Assembly (NCBI GenBank): GCA_030645355.1
Contig: JAUSNJ010000162.1
Span: 19,031-83,030 of the forward strand
DNA from: Rhodoferax sp.
GTDB lineage: Bacteria; Pseudomonadota; Gammaproteobacteria; Burkholderiales; Burkholderiaceae_C
DNA length: 64,000 nucleotides
Direction of reading: 5' to 3'
In this document: in pieces, positions 58,338-64,000 of the stretch
Numbering within the stretch: position 1 is the first letter of the stretch
Layout of the letters: each line of letters opens with the position of its first letter
Program-made: the position numbers and the translations under genes
Notes under the pieces: model-generated
Database searches by the model: none
What the model was told of the DNA's origin: nothing
The model's input: only the letters and a program-made list of their open reading frames with translations

Positions 58338-60351
58338 CCTCGACCAACTCGACCATATTGGCCTTCAGCGCTGCCGTAATGTCGCGCTCCAGCACCGGCA
58401 TCACCAACTCGAATGGCGCCAGCAGGCGGTTCAGGCCATAGGCGCGGTTGCGGCCATTGACCTTGCCCAGGTACAGCGCCATGTCGGCGATTTGCATGGC
58501 TTTTTCCCAATTGCAGTCGACCTCGGACAGGCCGGAAAACGGCAGCGACAGGAAGCCGCCGGTCACGGTAATCGGCATCATCCTGTCACCCACCGCAATC
58601 GGTGTGGCGCCGATTGCGTGCAGCACGCGCTGCGCCAGACTCTTCAAATGCGCGGCATTGGCTTTGGGTGAGAAAATCAGGAACTCCTCGCCGCCCCATC
58701 GCATCACCATGTCGGTGTCACGCACCGTGGCGCGCAGGCGTTTGGAAATCTCGACCAGCACCGCGTCGCCTCCGGCATGGCCCAGGGTGTCGTTGATGTT
58801 CTTGAAGTGGTCAATGTCCAGAATCATCAAGCCATCGGGTATCTCGTCTTCGCGGCGGGTTCCATTGGCGTTGCTGGTGCGGCCCTTCATCAATTCAAAG
58901 AACGACCGGCGGTTGTACAGGCCGGTCAATGGATCGCGCACCGCGTGGAACTCCAACTGCTTGTTGGCCTCGCGCAGTTTCAGGTTGGTCTTGCGCACAC
59001 GCCGGTACAGCAGGAATACAAAAATACCCGCCATTACCGTCACGACAGCGCCCAGCAGGGTGATGATTTGCTGCAGGCGCCGGTTGCTGATTTCAGCATC
59101 CTTCAGGCTGTTTTCACGGGCCAGCAATTCAATCTGCTTTTGGCGCTGCACGGCGTCAAACTGGGCCTGCAACGTGGCGACCGACTTCTCGCGGTCCGCA
59201 CGGAACAATTGCTCCGTCAACACCTGCTGCTCGCGGATCGTGGCAACCGCCTCGCGGTAGAGCCCGGCCTGCTCATACATGCGCCCGAGCTCGCCCAGAA
59301 TGCCCTCCTGGTCGGTTTTGGCACCCATCTCCTGGCTAAGCCGGATGGCGGCACGTACCTCGGCCACCCCTTCATGGATACGGCCTTGCCCCATCAGGGC
59401 GAATCCTATGTTGCTTTGGGCCGTCGCAACGCCACCGAGCTCGCCAGCCTCCTTGAATTTGACCATGGCCTGGCGGGAGAACACTTCGGCCTTGGGGTAG
59501 TCCTTGCTGATCAGGTAACTGTCACCGATGTTGTTGAGCGCCGTGCCCTGCAGGCCGACCATCCCGGACTCACCACCGATCTTGAGCGCCTTCTCATAGG
59601 CGGCCACAGACTCCTTGGCGCGCCCCAGGCTGGCAAAGGCGGCACCCTGGTTCAGGTAGAGCGTGCCCTTGAGTTTGCTGGACCCCACCGCATCGACAAC
59701 CACCAGCGCGTCATCAATGACTTCCAGGGCCTTGTTCCAGTTCAACATGGCCATGTACACGTTGCCCAACAGGTTCAGTGAACGCAGGTGGGACGTCTGC
59801 GCGTGTGCGGCGCGCTCCTTGGCGTATTGCAAACTCTTGAGCGCGCTCTCCTGGGCTGCCTCGAACCGGCCCACCGTTAACTGCGCACTGCCCAAGGTCA
59901 AATAAAAACGCCACAGAGCGTGCGCATCCGCTGTGCGCAGGGCGGTCGCCTCGATGGAAATGAGTTGCGCGATGGCGGCATCCGTCTTGCCCGACAAGGC
60001 CATGATGGACGCCGATTTGCTGGTGGCCAGTACCACCCCGATATCGTCGCGGTTGTCCTGTGCCAGTTTCGACAGCGCAGCAATCGTCGCCTGCGCCGCC
60101 TCCATTTTGGCGGCATCCACTTGCACGGTTATCAGTGCGTCCAGGTACTCCCGACGCACCGCATATGGCGTGGCCGCATCCAGGGTGGCGCCCATGGCCT
60201 GTAGTTGCTCCAGGGCTTGCTGGTTGTCATTTTCGGACAATAGCTGGATCGCATCGATGCGATCCATGGCGCCCGACTGGGCAACGGCAACGCCGTGCCA
60301 GCCCATGAGCACCCACATCACGCCAACGACCAGCAGCCCCAACTTATGCAT
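58279..60351 (-). CDS. membrane diguanylate cyclase with periplasmic TPR repeats
   Basis: Signal peptide, TPR-like helices (LNLLGNVY, LNNIG..Y, SNIG), one TM segment, RDTD I-site, GGEEF. Confidence 0.9.
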   Translation of the reverse strand: MHKLGLLVVGVMWVLMGWHGVAVAQSGAMDRIDAIQLLSENDNQQALEQLQAMGATLDAATPYAVRREYLDALITVQVDAAKMEAAQATIAALSKLAQDNRDDIGVVLATSKSASIMALSGKTDAAIAQLISIEATALRTADAHALWRFYLTLGSAQLTVGRFEAAQESALKSLQYAKERAAHAQTSHLRSLNLLGNVYMAMLNWNKALEVIDDALVVVDAVGSSKLKGTLYLNQGAAFASLGRAKESVAAYEKALKIGGESGMVGLQGTALNNIGDSYLISKDYPKAEVFSRQAMVKFKEAGELGGVATAQSNIGFALMGQGRIHEGVAEVRAAIRLSQEMGAKTDQEGILGELGRMYEQAGLYREAVATIREQQVLTEQLFRADREKSVATLQAQFDAVQRQKQIELLARENSLKDAEISNRRLQQIITLLGAVVTVMAGIFVFLLYRRVRKTNLKLREANKQLEFHAVRDPLTGLYNRRSFFELMKGRTSNANGTRREDEIPDGLMILDIDHFKNINDTLGHAGGDAVLVEISKRLRATVRDTDMVMRWGGEEFLIFSPKANAAHLKSLAQRVLHAIGATPIAVGDRMMPITVTGGFLSLPFSGLSEVDCNWEKAMQIADMALYLGKVNGRNRAYGLNRLLAPFELVMPVLERDITAALKANMVELVEVIGPVADAQTVEPPLENAG

Positions 60352-61576
60352 GACCAATCTTAAGTCCGATTTCGGGCCAACGGTGTCGAATGTAGGCCCA
60401 CGACAGCTGCCCCAGGGCCAGCATGGCCAAAGACGCCGTGGCCAGTGCCACAGTGGAATGCATCACCAGTGGCGAGATGACCCCTGCCACGATGCCATTC
60501 GCGCTGGAGCCCACAAACATCTGCAGGCTTGACGCCATGCCGCGACGTTCGGGATGCAGGTCCAGCACCAGCAGGGTGACGGCGGGCACCATCATGGCCC
60601 AACCGAATGAAAATATGCCCAATGGAAGCAAGGCCCAACTGACGTGCGCCTTGAACGCCAGGTTGGCCGCCAGGTTGACCAGCGCAATGACCAGCATGAT
60701 GTTCAAACCGATCCGGATCTGGCGTTTGGGCGCAATTTTGCCCGCCATGCGGCCACTCACCAAAGCCCCGCCCATAATGCCGCCAATGGTGATCAGGAAA
60801 CACCAGAAAAACTGCTGCGGTGCCAGTTGCAGATGCTCCCCCAGAAAAACGGGTGCACTCAGGATGTACAGGAACATGCCGTTGAAGGGGATACCGCTGG
60901 CCAGTGCGAGCAGAAAGAAGCGGGGGTCGGAGCCCAGCTGCCAGTAGCCGGCCATCAGATTCCTGGGATGGAAGTGCTGGCGCTGGGTGATGTGCAGCGT
61001 TTCTGGCAACAGCCGAAAAATGGCAATCCACAAAACCACACCCACACCGGTCAAGAACCAGAAAATGCCGTGCCAGCTGACGTGCACCAGCATCCAGCCC
61101 CCCACCATGGGCGCAATGGCGGGTGCCACGCCAAAAAAGATGGTGACCTGGCTCATGACTTTTTGCGCCTGTGACGGTGCAAACATGTCGCGGATCACGG
61201 CCCGCGACACCACAATGCCGGCCCCGGTGGACAGACCTTGCATGGCGCGAAACAGAATCAGATGGCCAATGTTTTGGGACAGGGCACAACCGGCAGAGGC
61301 CACGGTAAAAGCAGCCAGCCCCCACAGCACCACGGGACGGCGGCCAAAGCTGTCGGAAATGGCGCCATGGAACAGGCTCATGAAGGCAAAGCCAAACAGG
61401 TAGGCGGACAGGGTTTGCTGCATCTGCACCGGGGTGGCGTCCAGCGACCGTGCGATGTCGGCAAAAGCTGGCAGATACGTGTCAATCGAAAACGGCCCGA
61501 GCATGCCCAGCAGCGCCAGCAGAATGGCAAATGCCCATTGCGGGGCGAGCCATAATTTGTGTGCGTCGGGGTTCAT
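60344..61576 (-). CDS. Bcr/CflA-family multidrug MFS transporter
   Basis: FSIDTYLPAF, GAISDSFGRRPV, RAVIRD, APAIAP.VGG. Confidence 0.9.
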   Translation of the reverse strand: MNPDAHKLWLAPQWAFAILLALLGMLGPFSIDTYLPAFADIARSLDATPVQMQQTLSAYLFGFAFMSLFHGAISDSFGRRPVVLWGLAAFTVASAGCALSQNIGHLILFRAMQGLSTGAGIVVSRAVIRDMFAPSQAQKVMSQVTIFFGVAPAIAPMVGGWMLVHVSWHGIFWFLTGVGVVLWIAIFRLLPETLHITQRQHFHPRNLMAGYWQLGSDPRFFLLALASGIPFNGMFLYILSAPVFLGEHLQLAPQQFFWCFLITIGGIMGGALVSGRMAGKIAPKRQIRIGLNIMLVIALVNLAANLAFKAHVSWALLPLGIFSFGWAMMVPAVTLLVLDLHPERRGMASSLQMFVGSSANGIVAGVISPLVMHSTVALATASLAMLALGQLSWAYIRHRWPEIGLKIGHA

Positions 61577-61670
61577 GCTGCTATTGGAACACGGCTCTCA
61601 ATTCCTATGCGGCTGCGTGCATACGCTACGATGGCGACACCCGATCAACATCCGTGCACTGGAGTCAGCC

Positions 61671-62654
61671 GTGAAGTTCTTCCCTTTGTTCTCTTCCGCA
61701 ATTCTGGGTTTGGGAATGGTGTCGTGCGGCCAGTCCAGTGGTCCCAACGTGACCACAGTGGCGACGCCGGCCTCGGCACCAGCCCCGGCGGCCCAGCCGT
61801 CGCGACAGATTGGTTTGGTCATGAAAACACTGACCAATCCTTTTTTCATTGAAATGGAAAAGGGCGCGCGCCGGGCTGAAAAGGAATTGGGCGTGACCCT
61901 GATCGTCAAGACGGCGGCACAGGAGACATCCATCGAGCAGCAGATCCAGCTGGTCAACGACCTGGTTGCGGCCAAAGTCGATGCCATTGTGATTGCACCC
62001 GGCGACTCCCAAAGCCTGATCCCGACGCTCAAGAAAGCGGCCGGGGCCGGCATCAAGATTGTCAACATTGACAACCGCCTGGACCCCGCTGCGCTCGCAC
62101 AGGCGGGACTGGGTGACGTGCCCTTTGTCAGTGTCGACAACGATGCAGGTGCCTATAAGGCAGGGAAATTCTTGGCCAGTACGGCCACCACCCCCACCCA
62201 GGCAGCCATTCTGGAGGGCATACGCAGTGCGGACAACGCCCGCCAGCGCATGGAAGGCGCCAAGCGCGCGCTGACCGAGAACAAGCAGGTCAAACTGGTC
62301 GCATCTGAAACGGCCAATTGGAAAATTGACGAGGCGTATGCCGCCACCAAAGCCATGTTTGCCAAACATCCCGACATCGGCTTGCTGTTTGCCGCCAATG
62401 ACATGATGGCGATTGGTGCCATCAAGTACCTGCAGGAATCCGGCAAGACCAAGGTCAGCGTGGTGGGCTACGACGCGCTGGCCGAAGCGATGACAGAAAT
62501 CAAAGGGGGCCGCATGGCCGCCACTGTGGACCAGCAGGCCGCCGAGCAGGGATACCAGGGCGTGGCCCTGGCGCTGCAGCTGATCAACGGGGGCAAGGTG
62601 CCGACCATGACGTTGATTGACACCCGTCTGGTGACAGCAGCCGATCTGAAATAA
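61671..62654 (+). CDS. RbsB-like sugar-binding lipoprotein
   Basis: Lipobox-like GMVSC, KTLTNPFF, NIDN, ANDMMAIGA, GYD, ATVDQ; GTG start after GGAG. Confidence 0.88.
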   Translation: MKFFPLFSSAILGLGMVSCGQSSGPNVTTVATPASAPAPAAQPSRQIGLVMKTLTNPFFIEMEKGARRAEKELGVTLIVKTAAQETSIEQQIQLVNDLVAAKVDAIVIAPGDSQSLIPTLKKAAGAGIKIVNIDNRLDPAALAQAGLGDVPFVSVDNDAGAYKAGKFLASTATTPTQAAILEGIRSADNARQRMEGAKRALTENKQVKLVASETANWKIDEAYAATKAMFAKHPDIGLLFAANDMMAIGAIKYLQESGKTKVSVVGYDALAEAMTEIKGGRMAATVDQQAAEQGYQGVALALQLINGGKVPTMTLIDTRLVTAADLK

Positions 62655-62675
62655 GCACACGACCGCGGTAGGGCT

Positions 62676-64000
62676 GTGAACCTGCGCTTCAACATTACCG
62701 TCAAGCTGCTGGGCTATCTGTTGGTGGCGGGCATTGTCCCGCTGACGGTTTTGGGATTCAGTGCGCTGGAGATTGCCAAACGCGTCGTTCTGCAACAGGC
62801 GCAGGAAGAGAATGTGCGCGCGTTGGGTGGCTTCGCGTCCTATCTGTCGCTCTACCAGGACCAGATTGAAGACCTGGCCACCAACATTGCCGGTAATGAA
62901 ACCATTGGCAATGCCTTGCACCAAGCCGACGCAGCATCCAGCAGCGGCTACGAAGCGCTCAATGTGCGCGCCCAGATTGGCTACACACTCAACAGTTATG
63001 TGCGCGTCAAGGGGCTGGTATCGCTGGACCTCTTCTCTGTGGGTGGAGCGCATTTCCACGTGGGCGAGACGCTCAGTTCCAGCGCAGTCGCGCCACAGGC
63101 GGCTCGCGCGCTACTGCAAATGGCCGTTGAGGCCAAGTCGCCCACGCTGTGGCGCGGCATGGCGGACAACATCAACAGCAGTTCGCGCTACCCCAGGGTG
63201 ACCAGCGTCGCGCGGGCCATTCGACACTTCTCGCCACAGTCGGGACAGTCCGATGTGGTTGGAGTGCTGGTGATCAGTCTGACCGATGACATCATGCAGG
63301 AGTATTTGCGGCGGGTGCCGCTGCCCGCCGGTCAACGTCTGATGCAGATCGATGCCCAGGGCACCGTGGCGTTGCACTCGGACCGGCAGCAGGTGGGGCA
63401 ACCAATCGCGCCAGCGCTGATGAGTCTGATCCGGCAACACACGCAGACTCAGCAGCTCACGCTCGATGGTCAGGAGGTCCTGTTGGATACCGATGCCAAC
63501 AATCTAGAGCATGGCTTCCTGGTCATGATCACCCCGCGCCAGCTGGTGACTGGGCGGGTCGATCAGCTGACGCTGGCGACCATTGCCTTACTGGCCCTGG
63601 GACTGGTGGGAGTGCTGGCACTCACCTGGCGGTTTGCACACACGGTCGTGGCACCCATCCGGGCCGTGTCGGCGGGCTTTCGGCGCCTGAGCCAGGCACC
63701 TGCAGAGAACCACACACCGCTGCCAGAACCGCGCACCCATGACGAAATCGGCCAGCTGGTCGAGGGCTACAACAACCATCTGCTCTCTCTGAATGCCCAG
63801 CGGGAGAGTGCCAGCGAACTGCTGCTGGCCGAAGTCGCGCGCGACGCGACCCAGACCATGCTTATCGCCGCCATCGAGTCCATCGACGAGGCCTTTGTGG
63901 TGTTTGACGCCAGTGACCGACTGCTGTTCTGCAATGACAAGTACCGCGACATCTACAGCGGGGCGGCCGAAGTCATGGTGCCGGGCAATACCTTTGAGAC
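62676..64000 (+). CDS. membrane sensor (TM-periplasmic-TM-HAMP-PAS), truncated by the window end
   Basis: Manual translation MNLRFNITVKLLGYLLVAGIVPL...; HAMP (PIRAV...DEIGQL..GYN); PAS (AIESIDEAFVVFD..DRLLFCN); output domain not visible. Confidence 0.8.
   Translation, partial: MNLRFNITVKLLGYLLVAGIVPLTVLGFSALEIAKRVVLQQAQEENVRALGGFASYLSLYQDQIEDLATNIAGNETIGNALHQADAASSSGYEALNVRAQIGYTLNSYVRVKGLVSLDLFSVGGAHFHVGETLSSSAVAPQAARALLQMAVEAKSPTLWRGMADNINSSSRYPRVTSVARAIRHFSPQSGQSDVVGVLVISLTDDIMQEYLRRVPLPAGQRLMQIDAQGTVALHSDRQQVGQPIAPALMSLIRQHTQTQQLTLDGQEVLLDTDANNLEHGFLVMITPRQLVTGRVDQLTLATIALLALGLVGVLALTWRFAHTVVAPIRAVSAGFRRLSQAPAENHTPLPEPRTHDEIGQLVEGYNNHLLSLNAQRESASELLLAEVARDATQTMLIAAIESIDEAFVVFDASDRLLFCNDKYRDIYSGAAEVMVPGNTFE

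Overview
GC-rich betaproteobacterial chromosome segment (Comamonadaceae/Rhodoferax-like, inferred from gene content and intergenic repeat style). In order: (1) a 5-step histidine utilisation cluster, hutF-G-I-D-C divergent from hutU-H, with a HutC operator; (2) a LacI-controlled sucrose locus: TonB-dependent receptor, fructokinase, MFS permease and sucrose phosphorylase; (3) a lipoprotein and an AraC/solute-binding protein/tannase-feruloyl esterase module; (4) a ~27 kb KdgR-regulated pectin locus (kdgR, TRAP, GH43, PL1, uxaBAC, CE8-PL1 fusion, ogl, togBANM, kduDI, kdgF, TBDR, CE12, kdgK, ygjV) with several KdgR boxes; (5) an RquA-like protein with an N-terminal hydrophobic helix behind a perfect FNR box; (6) two diguanylate cyclases, an S9 peptidase, a LexA-boxed imuA-imuB pair with no dnaE2, a 7TM-DISM kinase, a Bcr/CflA MFS and a sugar-binding protein/sensor pair. 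The most unusual signals are: a ~55 bp fixed-spacing dispersed element (7 copies) that sits in frame inside hutD and imuB (twice) and supplies the hutG end plus the hutF RBS and start; a 69-nt mini-ORF bridging the hutI stop to the hutG start; a nested double-hairpin element in the tog operon; and the RquA-like gene. No rRNA, tRNA, CRISPR array or transposase was recognised. All family assignments come from motif recognition by eye, not from database searches.
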